Shown piece after piece: positions 23,436-34,469 of a stretch of DNA of 42,759 bases. A model generated the notes under the pieces. The model worked only from the letters and a program-made list of their open reading frames with translations. It was not told the origin of the DNA and did not search any database. A program made the position numbers and the translations under genes. How positions within the stretch are numbered: position 1 is the stretch's first letter; each line of letters starts with the position of its first letter. This stretch comes from Macrostomum lignano. Lineage: Eukaryota. Location: contig NIVC01001534.1 in NCBI GenBank assembly GCA_002269645.1, forward strand, positions 1 through 42,759, in the 5' to 3' direction.

Positions 23436-24230
23436 TGGCGACAAGTCTAAGCATTTCCGAGCCACGCGTGTTTCTTGCCCACCTAGGACAGCAACACATG
23501 CCTTAAAATTGTTGGATTGAAGGATTCAAGATTTACCTGGAGGCCTTGGATCTAAATGAAGCATCAGATGCATGCAAGAAGGCAATTCTCATTCATCTGC
23601 TAGGTGAGGAGGGCCAGAGAGTCTACACACTGAGGAATCTGCCCGCGACAAGCGTTGATACGTTTGACAAGCTGGTGGCTGCACTGAAAACAATCTTTAG
23701 TCAGTCGTACAGCATGATCAGCAACTGCTACAAGTTCAAGTCATGCACCCAGATGCCAGGCGAACCAGTCAGCCAGTTTGTTGATGCCCTCTGAAAACTT
23801 GCAGCAGACTGCAAATATGGTGCTCTCCGTGACCAAATTATCCGGGACCAGATCATTGAGAAGACCTATTTGCCACATATCTGAGAGTGACTACTCATGG
23901 AGAAGGAGCTTGAGCTGGATAGGGCTCGAGCTCGATGACATTTGTGGTTCAGGTTGAATCTGCAATCAACGACACCAAGAAGCTGTGTGATGGCAAGAGC
24001 GACAAGGATGAGTCCCGCATCCAGAAGGTCAGCCAGTGTACGCCATCATACAAGGGACCCAAGCATGCGGCACCGCAGAAATCCGGCACAGAGACATGGT
24101 GCCGCAACTGCGAGAGGGCTGGGCACGCCACCTGCGCCTTAGAGTGTCCAGCAAAAGACAAGACCTGCTTGCACTGCCACAAGGTCTGACACTTCAAAGC
24201 TTGCTGCCAACAGCGACGCTAGGTTTGCGC
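23435..24230 (+). pseudogene. Gypsy gag (stops; paired CCHC zinc knuckles)
   Basis: ATG at 23435 is in frame with KKAILIHLLGEEGQRVY, ...IRDQIIEK and the knuckles CRNCERAGH...CPAKDKTCLHCHKV*HF. Confidence 0.9.
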
Positions 24231-24256
24231 CATAAAGGACGAAGACAACGAGCCAT

Positions 24257-26960
24257 TTGTATGAATATGAAGTGTTGCTCCTTAACTCCACAACGTGCAG
24301 CATTGCTGACATCGACGTCAGGCTCCTATTGGACATGGGCTCAAGAGTCAACATCATTAATGAGAAGACTATGAAATGCCTGCCAAAGCAACCTGTCATC
24401 ACACTGACTCTGAAGCAGCTGTTCTTGTACAGAGGCTCCGCAATTGACGTGCTCGAGACTGCAGAGCTGTGCGTTGTGCACTGCGGCAAGTCCGCCATCT
24501 GCCGCTTCTTCATCGCTGAACAAGGTGCCAACATCCTCAGTCTCAATGGCATAGACAAGCTGGGATTCTCAATCCGAGCCAATGCAATCAGCAGCATCCA
24601 TTACATCGCTGGAGAGTTCCCAGGAATCTTTGATGGCATTGGTATGACCAAGAAGTTTTGCCATCGACCATAGCTGCGCCAGGATGCGACACCGACAGTT
24701 GAGCCACTGCGCCGAATGCCGCTGGCATTTCAGGACCGCGTGAAGGACAAGCTAAGCAAGATGAAGGCTGCAGGTGTCATCGAGAAGACTGATGCCTCTC
24801 TCTGGGTTTCCAATCTAGTTGTATCCAAGAATGGCGACCTGCAACTATGCATTGATCTGCACAACTGTAACCAAGGGATAAGTTTCCCATGCCAACCCAG
24901 GAGGAGCTGGCCGCAGAGTTTGCAGGCGCACAGATCTTCAGCAAGCTAGACCTGAAGTCAGAGCTACCTGCAGATCCCACTGCACCCCAGCAGTAGGCAG
25001 CTGACTGCATTCATCACTCACTGTGGGCTTTACCAGTTCATGAGGGTTCCATTTGACATGTCCAATTCCAGTGCCTGTTTCTAGAAAATCCTGTCAACCA
25101 TTCTTGCCGACATCAAGGGTGTCTGGCACTTAGTGGACAACATCGTCATTCACGGCGTCAACTCTGATGAGCATGGCAAGCAGCTTCAGGCAGTACTTGA
25201 ACATCTTAGTGAAAATGGGCTGACACTGAACAAGGAGAAATGCCAGATTGGCATCTTAGAAATTGTGTTCTTGGGCTACAGGATCTCAGCCAATGGAGTT
25301 CGACCATCCAAGTCTAACATTGAAGACGTGCTCTGCATCCCAGCACTGATGACAGCATGGGGCATCTTGTCATTCCTGTCAACTGTCAACTACTTTGCCA
25401 AGTTCATACCCAATTTCGCTAAGACAGTGAGACCACTGCGAAAGCTGCTCAAGAAGGACACTGTCTTCCACTGGACGAGTGAGTGGGATGCTGCTTTTGC
25501 CAAACTCAAGCAACAGCTGACGAGTCTGCTGGTGCTAAGCCACTTTGAATGCAATGCTGACACAATTGTTGAGTGCAATGCATCTGACTTTGCGCTTGGT
25601 GCAGTGCTGCTTCAACGCATAGGCGAGTCAGAGAAGCCGGTGGCCTACGCCTCGCAAGCACTGACACCAACAGAGTCCAGATACTCAGCTAGCAAGAAAA
25701 AGGCCCTGGTGTGTATCTGGGCTCTCAAGCGCTGGCACATCTACACCTACGGCAGATGGCTGACTTTGCGCACTGACCATTTGGCTCCCAAGGCACTGCT
25801 GTGTACCCAAGGCACTGGGCACAAGCCGCTGCGGATCCACCAATGGAATGACTGGCTCCTGTAGTACAACTTCAGCATTGAGTATAAGCCTGGAAAGGAC
25901 AATGTTGTGCCAGACTTCCTGCCCCATTTCGAGCAACCACCCAAGTTGACAGACAGCAACGATAATGACGACAAGATCACCGACATCCACCAGGTGCTAG
26001 ACGGGATTCTATTGGCCGAGCTGCTGGACAGGCACTTGCAGCCTGATCCACTCATTTGCAGTGTCTCCACAAAGCTTCAAGCAAACTGGAAGGAGCCACC
26101 AACAGATGAGGAGAAAATCTTCAAGCTCTGAGACGAGATGTCAATGGTTGGCAACTTCCTGGTTTGCGGCAACTGCGCGGTTGTGCCCAAGAGTCTATGC
26201 ACCACTGCACTAGCGCTGATCCACTAGGGACATTGTGGCATTGTCAAGATGAAGCACTGAGCTCGCGATACGGTCTGGTGGCCAGGAATCGACACCCAAC
26301 TGGAGGATCTGGCCAAGTCCTGTGTCAGCTGCTGCCTGGCAGAGAAGTGGAAGCGACCCGCTGCTCCATTGCAGACAACTGAGTGGACCAAAGAGCTGTT
26401 TAGCTAGATTTAGCTGGACATCTTTGGCAAGATCCACGAAGCACCAGCCAGCAGCCAATTTGCAATTGTTGCCATTGACCTACACTCCAAGTGGCCAGAG
26501 ATTTGGACTATGGCTTCAATGACGACCAAGGTCATCGCCAACTTCCTCAAGGACCTGTTTGCTCGATGGGACTTCCAGGCAAGATCATGACTGACAACGG
26601 ACCACAGTTCACCAGCTACGCCTTCAAGGAGTTTCTAGTCAGCTACTGTGTGCAGCATGCGAGGACCTTGCTGTACCATTAGCAGTCAAACTCAAATGTT
26701 GAGTGCCTCAACTGCACCCTGAAGGAGTCGCTAAAGGCGCAACTCAAGGATGGCATCAGCTTCAAGGAAGCAATCTGCAAGTTTCTGCAATGCTACCGGT
26801 TGATAGCAAATGCAACCACGGGCCTGACTCCGGCTGAGCTGATAGTTGGTTGGCCATTTCAAGGACCTCTGAGCCAGTGGAACCGAGGCATCCACCCCCT
26901 GATTCCAATGGTGCCATCAGAGACCGAGCATCGAGGCCAGGCCAACAAGGAGAAAGCCAG
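24257..26960 (+). pseudogene. Gypsy pol: protease, RT, RNase H and integrase (inactive)
   Basis: PR LLDMGS (D[T]GS); RT FSKLDL...YQF, with LVDN at the YxDD position; RH ECNASDFALGAVL...LRTDH; INT WWPG, LDIFG and TDNGPQFTS. Confidence 0.92.
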
Positions 26961-27423
26961 GCTGGCTACCGACCGGCGCTGAGGAGCCCGACCACTGCAG
27001 ACTGGCAACTCCGTACACATCCGCAGGCCACAGAGGGCCAACAAGCTGGCAACAAGGCTTGGCGAGACTCGAATGATTCCCCCGTGGCTGGGCCTGGAAT
27101 CCTGGCAGCTAGACAGTGGCACGCGATGGCACTCTGACAATCTGGTTCACGTTCCGAATACACTATCAGTGGATAGCCACACAACTGATGCCAGACTTAG
27201 TGCTCTGATGGCGCCAACACCGGTGCCAGTGCTAGTGCCGCTGGCAAGGGCGCCAACAAACAAGACGCCGCCAACTCCGCCAAGACAAAGCAGTTGAACC
27301 AGAAGAGCTCCGGTCCAGTTCAGCATGAGTTGATTTGGGAACTGAATAACTTTTGACTGTGCGCACTCTATGGACTGTTGTGTTCCCCATGCATTGCTTT
27401 TGTTTGATTTTTGAGGGGGGTGA

Positions 27424-27657
27424 TGTTGTGTATGCGGCTTGTATGCCGGTTAGGGTTCTTGCATTTTGATTGGCTGGGGGGGGGGGTTGTCTGTCTGCCC
27501 AGACTAGCCTAGGCTAGGTGGGGGTTTGCTGAATCATGCTGGTTAGTAGGTAAATTTTAATATAAGTGTGCACCAGCCTTTCAAGCCTTTGTTACTTTTC
27601 TACCCTGCAATTGCTTCTTGAATTGTAATTCATTTGGCCACGCTGCCTCAAAGTACA
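27424..27657 (+). repeat. 3' LTR
   Basis: TGTTGTGTATGCGG...AAGTACA followed by TSD AGTTC; lacks 3 terminal nt relative to the 5' LTR. Confidence 0.93.
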
Positions 27658-28904
27658 AGTTCCTCTCAATTGCGACTTAATTTTCATTTTGTATTTGACT
27701 TTTCTTGCCTTTTTTCTATTTTCTCTTTTTGTTTCTCTCTCCTCTTTTTCCTCTATCTTTTTTTCCTTTTTTCTTTTCTTTTCCTCTCCTTTTTTTCTCC
27801 CATTTTTGTATTTTCAATTTTGCAACTTACCTTGGCTAGTAGCCATTTTACCTCTCTAGTTTGGATGGGTCAGATGGGTATTAGGCATGTATGTATATTG
27901 CAGACTTTTGTAATATATAATATCTAGTGTATAATGCAAAAGGTTGATTAGGCCCCTAAGAATGAAAAAAAGCTATTAATATTAGTATTTATTGTAGCTA
28001 TTTCTATAATAACTTTTTTTATTTTATTTATTACTCCATATTAAACTTGTCTTTTTTATTAGTTTATATCATAGAAAAGCCCTAGATTAATTTTTCAAAG
28101 CATTTTAAAAAAGATTATATAATTTGTTATTATCTTTACAAAAATTTGGCTTAATATTAGTTTAATTAACTTTTTATTAAAGTTTTTCTATTAAAATTTT
28201 GTGTTTTAATGATAAAATATTTTTTATTTTATATAACTTTTTTAAAACAATTATTAGAGCCTATTCATTCAAAAATTGATCAATAAACCAAAGGGTGAAA
28301 GGTCTAGTATTGCCATTAAAACTGGGTCTACTTTAGTACTTTTGTTTATTATATTACTTGGTTGGGGCTTACAAAAGTGACTAGGCCCCTATCATATTTT
28401 AGGGGCCTAATAGTAATAATAATCACAGAAATTATTACTTATTATTACTTTAATTATTTAGTCACAAAAATCAAATATGATAATAGGCCTAATCTGCACA
28501 ATAGATACATCCATTAAGACCTTAATAGATAGGCCTAGCCTAGGCCTAGTAGAAATATATAATATGTAATTTTACCTATTTATAATGCCTTAGAACAATA
28601 AAAACATACAAGTTTTTGGACCCTACAAAGCCTAATGGCCTCAAAATTCCAACATAGAACTTTTCCCACTAGGCACATACACATAAAAAAGAGGATAATC
28701 ACAGACCTTACAAAAATTTAAGAAAGTAGAAGAGATCAATAAAATATGTTAAGTTAACACTTTACCTCCTACCTATAAATTAAAATAGGCCTAAAGTATT
28801 TTTGTCAAATTTGTGGTAGTTGGCACTGCATTGTTGGCACTGAGTCCCACTGGCATTTTCATTACTTTGCAAGTTTGCCCCTCCTGACCCTAGCCAAGCC
28901 AATG

Positions 28905-29300
28905 CTCGTTACTCCTACGTCTCCTATCAGCATCAATCGTTATTAACAGTTAGTCGGGTCGGGGCAGGGCCTATAAATAGATCGCTGTCCATCTTCAGAG
29001 ATTAGGCAAGCGCGGCTAATCCGCATCGCATCGCGCATATGCCTAGCATAAGCATGATAAGTTTCCTTTCCTTCTGTCGTCATCGTGTCAGAATCAGAGT
29101 ATTTAAGATTTTGGCAATTAATATATTTTACTGACCAATCAGAGTTCCACTATTACACAACCACCATAGTCGCAAGCTTCCCTTTCAATTAATAAGGTGG
29201 TGTAGGTGACTATGCCCCCCTGATTCACCGGTATTCCACTCACGAAGTTGTGCAATGCATGCAGTTCGCAAGAGCGCGTGTCCGACTTGAATTTTTTTCT
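28905..29300 (+). promoter_or_regulatory. CpG-rich candidate promoter with GC-box-like element, TATA/MEF2-like CTATAAATAG (28971-28980) and CCAAT (about 29134)
   Basis: CpGs return abruptly after about 1.2 kb with none; GGGTCGGGGC precedes CTATAAATAG; TCAG lies about 25 nt downstream; the block is 0.4-0.8 kb upstream of the plastin ATG. Confidence 0.4.
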
Positions 29301-29725
29301 GCGAAACTACCATTTATTAAAACATCAGAAACAAATAACTGTACTTATATCTGATAAAAAGAAAAGTTTAAAAACTTTGTGTTCTTTTTCATTTTATTCA
29401 CATTAACTTTGTAAAATATTTTATGGTTATTTTAGAAATTTTCTATTGGGTGTGACACTTCTCTTTCAAAAATTCAACGTGGGTTTTTTGAACATTTATT
29501 AAGTCTGTAGACAAGCCCATGGATGATTACAGATACTGAAACTAAAATAGTGAAGAAGACTCTTTACTAGGAAAAAGGCTGTAGGCCTATTTAAATTTTT
29601 TGCTTTTTAAACTCAACCGCTAATAGTTTTAAGAGAAACGATCCAAGAGTTAATATATTCTATCCTAACTTGTATGCTATTCATTATTTATTTTATTAAT
29701 AATTTAAAGCATCTGAAATCTTAAA

Positions 29726-29791
29726 ATGACAAGTAATGTCAGTGACTTGCTTCCGGAGCAAATGGATGAATTGGTTGCTACTTTTGAAACT
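29726..29791 (+). CDS. Fim: Plastin/fimbrin exon 1
   Basis: MTSNVSDLLPEQMDELVATFET|GTAAGT; 66 nt, phase 0. It joins to LDSNGNG to complete EF-hand 1, like plastin N-termini (DELxEAF). Confidence 0.75.
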
Positions 29792-30263
29792 GTAAGTTCA
29801 AGATTTTCTGTGTTGTCTCATTTATTACATTTTTATAAATAGACCTACTAGCACAATACTACTTTCTACTTATATAACTAAAAAGGCAAGCATGTAAGTG
29901 GCTATCAAAAATGCTTAATAAATTGCATTGTTTAGCTCCTTTACTTGGTTATGTTCATGTTCATCTTTATTAATTTGTTATTTTCATATGTACTGTCTTA
30001 TTTTGAAACTTAGTTTCTAGATAAAATTTAACTTACCAAGATTATGAAATTAGCCATATAATGACCTACCCCGAAGCTTTACAAAAAAAATTTTGTTTAC
30101 TTATATATTTATTTATCTTTAGTCATATTATTACACTCTGCTCATAAACGCTTTGAATTTTGTATAATCTTATTGATTCTTTTAGTACAATGGTATTAGT
30201 CAATGTATTATATTAGCTTTTCCATTTAATTGAGTTTGTTTCGTCCATTTTTTATTTATCCTG

Positions 30264-30580
30264 TGCAGGGGCGTCGCCACCAGGGAGACAGGGGGGACAT
30301 GTGTCCCCAAGTAAAATCTATGGGAGGACATGCCAATGCTTTGTCCCCCCAAACCATCTTTGTTGACCTGTTATAGAAATCAATACATTTTCTTCAGTCC
30401 ATCAAAACATAAATTGGTACGTGTGGCGCTAAAATGAATGCCTGCGACACTAAAATGGTCCCTGCATCGCTAAAATGAATGCTGGCGGCGCTAAAATGAG
30501 TCCCTGTGGCGCCAAAATGAGTGCCTGCGGCGCCAAAATGATCCCTGCGACGTCAAAATGAGTGCCTGCGGCGCTAAAAT
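30264..30580. repeat. Possible DNA-transposon-derived end (CAGGGGCG...) followed by a degenerate ~21-bp repeat (GCGCTAAAATGAGTGCCTGCG)
   Basis: The repeat at 30425-30580 is directly visible; the TIR-like start has no partner I could find. Confidence 0.45.
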
Positions 30581-31744
30581 AATCGCTGGCAACACCAATT
30601 CTGAAAAAAAATGTGCATGTACTCGTAAAATTCCTGGCTTTGTCCCACGCACCATGAAATCCATGGCGATGTGCCCAATCCTGTGTTTTTCAAATGTGCT
30701 TTCCAAGAAACGGTCATACATTCGTGCGATGTCCAGTTTATTTTGATCGAATGCCTTTTTTTCTATCAAATATCAAATGGGCTTTAGTATAAAATCACTG
30801 CGAAAAAAATTCTAAAATGTTAAACTGCTCAAAATAGCACCAAGTGACCTTTAAGCTCAATTTCGTTCAATTCACGAGACTTTAGCTATATAAAAGGCTT
30901 GTCGTCGAACAATTGTTTGATTTATTGGTTATTCCAGTGTTGATAACAGTGCCTAGGCTGCTAAAGAAAGACCAAGCTCATAATCCCTATAGGTGTAACA
31001 GTAAGGAATAATCTAAGTCATTAATAAGTGTAAAGATAAAGAAGATAGAGAGGATTTTTCCCTTCTCTATACTTTCTTTACCTCGCCGTCTAAGCTTACA
31101 AGTTTTCTTCCAAATGTGGCAATCAATTCTAGACGGCTGAGCAGTGTGCGGATTGATCAATACATATATATACAGTGACCTGCGCGCGTCATATTCAACT
31201 CTTTAAGTTTAACCCAGCCCGAGCATTGCTGCCAGTTAGCTTATAGTTACTCTCTTCACTGAGTGAAAGCTTGGCTGGCTGAAGCAGTGTTAATATATTA
31301 TATAGGCTTATATGCTGTGTACTAAGGGAGATCGAGGGTCTTCTCATGGGATATCTGGCCAGTGTTCTCTCGCTGTTTGGGCGGCTCTATCTGTGAATTG
31401 GCTGACTGTATAGGCTAAGCCTATTGAAGCATTGTCTTTCTTTGCAAGCGATCTATATACTGTATACTTAACGAACGGGGTTTATTGATCCAACCAATCG
31501 CTATTGGATTATATAAGGTTGCAGTTCGGTGCTGCATATCTTGAAAGTTTAATGCAATATTTTATTACCCATAATTTGTACTTTTCTTCATAGCCTCGGC
31601 TATGCACTTTGCTGTGATGCTCTGTTATGGTCATCAATAACATTAGGCATTATATTGTCAGAAAGAGATCGATAAGAATTAGAGTCCGGGCTGAGTGGGT
31701 AAGAGAGTCAGAAAGTGAGAAGGAGAGTCTGACAGGGAAAAAGG

Positions 31745-32312
31745 AAATTCAGACAGAAAGAGATTCAGTCAGTCGAAAAAAGAGTCAGACAGTCGAAAAT
31801 AGAGTCAGACAGTCGAAAATAGAGTCAGACAGTGAGAAAGAGAGTCAGATAGTGAGAAAGCGAGTCAGACAGTGAGAGAGTCAGACAGTGAGAAAGAGAG
31901 ATTCAGACAATGAGAAAGAGAGAGTCAGACAGTGAGAAAGAGAGATTCAGACAATGAGAAAGAGAGAGTCAGACAGTGAGAAAGAGAGATTCAGACAATG
32001 AGAAAGAGAGATTCAGACAGTGAGAGAGTCAGACATTGAGAAAGAGAGAGTCAGACAGTGAGAAATAGAGAGTCAGACAGTGAGAAAGAGGGAGTCAGAC
32101 AGTGAGAAAGTGAGAGTCAAACAGTGAGAAAGAGAGAGTCAGACAGTGAGAAATAGAGAGTCAGACAGTGAGAAAGAGGGAGTCAGACAGTGAGAAAGTG
32201 AGAGTCAAACAGTGAGAAAGCGAGAGTCAGACAGTGAGAAATAGAGAGTCAGACAGTGAGAAAGAGAGAGTCAGACAGGGAGAAAGTGAGAGTCAGACAG
32301 TGAGAAAGAGAT
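31745..32312. repeat. ~20-22-bp minisatellite (GAGAGTCAGACAGTGAGAAA) in plastin intron 1
   Basis: Direct reading. Confidence 0.96.
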
Positions 32313-32457
32313 AATCATACTCGTGAAGAGAGGGGTACAGAGAATCGGATCAGGCAGTGGGACAGGGAGGGAAGTTATGATGTCACCCAGCCTCCAATAA
32401 GCTTCATCAGCTACAGGGATAATAGGCAGCCGACATGAATCCCCTCCTGCCTCGCAG

Positions 32458-32873
32458 CTGGACAGTAACGGCAACGGTGTGATCGAGTTCGAAGAGCTGC
32501 AAACAGCTCTGGAGATCTGCGGCTTCAAGATGGCCCGCTATCAGGTGCGCGATCTCGCTGAGAAATACGACGTCAAACAGCGCGACGGCATGATCGATTT
32601 TGAAGAGTTCCGCGCCCTGTACCGTGAACTGCGCCAGTCAGACTTTGGTTCGAATCTGCACCGGATGGTGAAATCTCGAAGCGATTTGATGACGCACGGC
32701 TCCAAGACTGGGTCGAACGATGTGAAGCATTCGGTTCGGCTGGAGGAGCAGGTGGCCTTCGCCGATTGGCTCAACAAGAACCTGGCGGCAGACGAAGACT
32801 GTCAGAGGTATCTGCCGTTTGAAGAGGACGGCTCGGATTTGTATAAAAAATGCGACGATGGCATCATACTGTG
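32458..32873 (+). CDS. Fim: Plastin/fimbrin exon 2 (EF-hands, start of CH1)
   Basis: CGCAG|CTG...CTG TG|GTGAGC; 416 nt, phase 0/2; EF loops DSNGNGVIEFEE and DVKQRDGMIDFEE; EEQVAFADWLNKNL and LYKKCDDGIIL. Confidence 0.95.
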
Positions 32874-33326
32874 GTGAGCTGGAAGCCTGGGGCTTATAAT
32901 AGTAATAATATTATTTAATCACATGATCTGCATCAAACATGCGCAACCGCTGGCCGACCTGGCCGATCCGGCCACCATAAATTGTGGTGGACCAGGAGTT
33001 AGTCACAAAAATGCCCACCAAAAATACAACCGTAGTACTAATTAGATGACGAGGCACTTAGCCTTAATAAGACAGTTATAGTGATTCTTGCCGTTTACTC
33101 AAAATTGCGTTAATTTTTGCTTTAGGGTTTCTATCACAGGTTGTTGGTGTTTTTTGGTGTAAATCAGGGGGGGGGGGGTTGCACATGTATAACATGCATC
33201 TTCCCCCAACCAATCAGAGTTGAGCCAGTTCTGGCCATTCCGCTGACTCCTGAGCACACTGAGCACCTGAGGCACTCATACTCACGCTCACACATGTACA
33301 GTCTCTGTGCCTTGGGGGTTGGCAAT

Positions 33327-33730
33327 CAGGGGTTGGCAAACATTTTTATCTCAATGGCGAGATAGAGAATCTAGCTCAGGGCTGCGGGCTAGAGAGGAGA
33401 GAGGAGACGGGAGAGAGATAGGAAAATGGAGAGGCGAGGGAATAAATGAGAAGAGATAGGGACGAAATAGAAAAGGAGAGAGGAGAGTAGAAAGGAGGAG
33501 AGAGGAAAGTAGCGAAGAAGAGAGAGAGGGAGAGAAGGGAGGAGAGAGGAGAGAAAGGAGGAGAGAGGAGAGTAGGGAGGAGAGGAGGGAGGAGAGAAAG
33601 GAGAGAGGAGAGGAGAGTAGGGAGGAGAGAAGGGAGGAGAGAAAGGAGGAGAGAGGAGAGGAGAGAAGGGAGGAGAGAGGAGAAGGCTGGATTGTCACCC
33701 CTACTCAAAATTAAAGTGGCCCGCACAGGG
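33327..33730. mobile_element. hAT-like MITE (copy C, reverse orientation) with a GGAGA tract
   Basis: TIR-like CAGGGGTTGGCAAAC (33327-33341); CTAGCTCAGGGCTGCGGGCTAG is the reverse complement of the A/B subterminal motif (18/22); GA tract at 33393-33685; GTGGCCCGC near 33720. Confidence 0.6.
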
Positions 33731-34469
33731 ATGAATCGTTAATAAAAAGGCAACTATATTGGGTTTCTATTTACAACTCGCTGTAAAAGCTTACGCCTAG
33801 CTGTCTAACATAATGAAATCTACTTCTAGTACAGTATTGAGTCGTAGAAAGATACATAAATGGCATGCATGTTTCTCTGTGAGTTTGTGCGAGACTGCCT
33901 TAGGCTGCTGTCATAGTCTTATCTGCACATGTGTATAGTTTGCTGATAAGCTATTGCAAATTTCTATTTCTGAGCTTGCATTTGATGCTTGACGTGAGGT
34001 GAGGTGGGTTTGACTCTGCGTCAGCTTTGAGTTCGGATTTTTTCTTTCTAGACTAAAGATTTCAAATTGAGAAGCCTTCTTTTCTGTTAGTTTCTTCAAG
34101 TCTAAGAAAGACAACTTCTTATCAAACGAAGTTCAGCTTCTTGTTTAACTGTGCAATGAACTTTGCAAAATTATAGCGTTTTGCATTCATTATGCTGGAT
34201 CGTTATCGCGTTCACTGAAGCTTTTACTGCGCAGTATGATAATTACAATAATTTGTCCTTTAAACAGAAACAGAATGGATAAAAATATGGATCTAAAAGC
34301 AGTTTATTGAGCTCTGCTCAGTCGTATCAGGGTGAACTGCGAAAAGCCTTTAAAATGTGTGGCAGTAAATTTGGTTTACGACATTTCAGGGCTCCTGTGA
34401 CACTTTGGTGACGCTCAGGGGGGGGGGGGGTTGAGACTTTGGGCGTTGTGAAACTTGTGTAATTAGTGA

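Larger units (their letters stand above)
23203..27657 (+). mobile_element. Full-length degenerate Ty3/Gypsy LTR retrotransposon (Mag-like)
   Basis: Two TG...CA LTRs; 5-bp TSD AGTTC at 23198-23202 and 27658-27662; PBS TGGCGACAAG at 23436; PPT GAGGGGGG at 27413-27420; domain order gag-PR-RT-RH-INT; many stops and frameshifts. Confidence 0.97.

Noticed and set aside
28382-28409. Hairpin TAGGCCCCT-N10-AGGGGCCTA as a Helitron 3' end or terminator
   Set aside because: No CTRR terminus at the expected distance and no linked 5' end; rho-independent terminators do not apply here.
34275-34410. Alternative EF-hand-like plastin exon (GELRKAFKMCG)
   Set aside because: No intact EF loop in frame, it ends in a stop at the satellite edge, and it lies after exon 2, where it cannot substitute for it.
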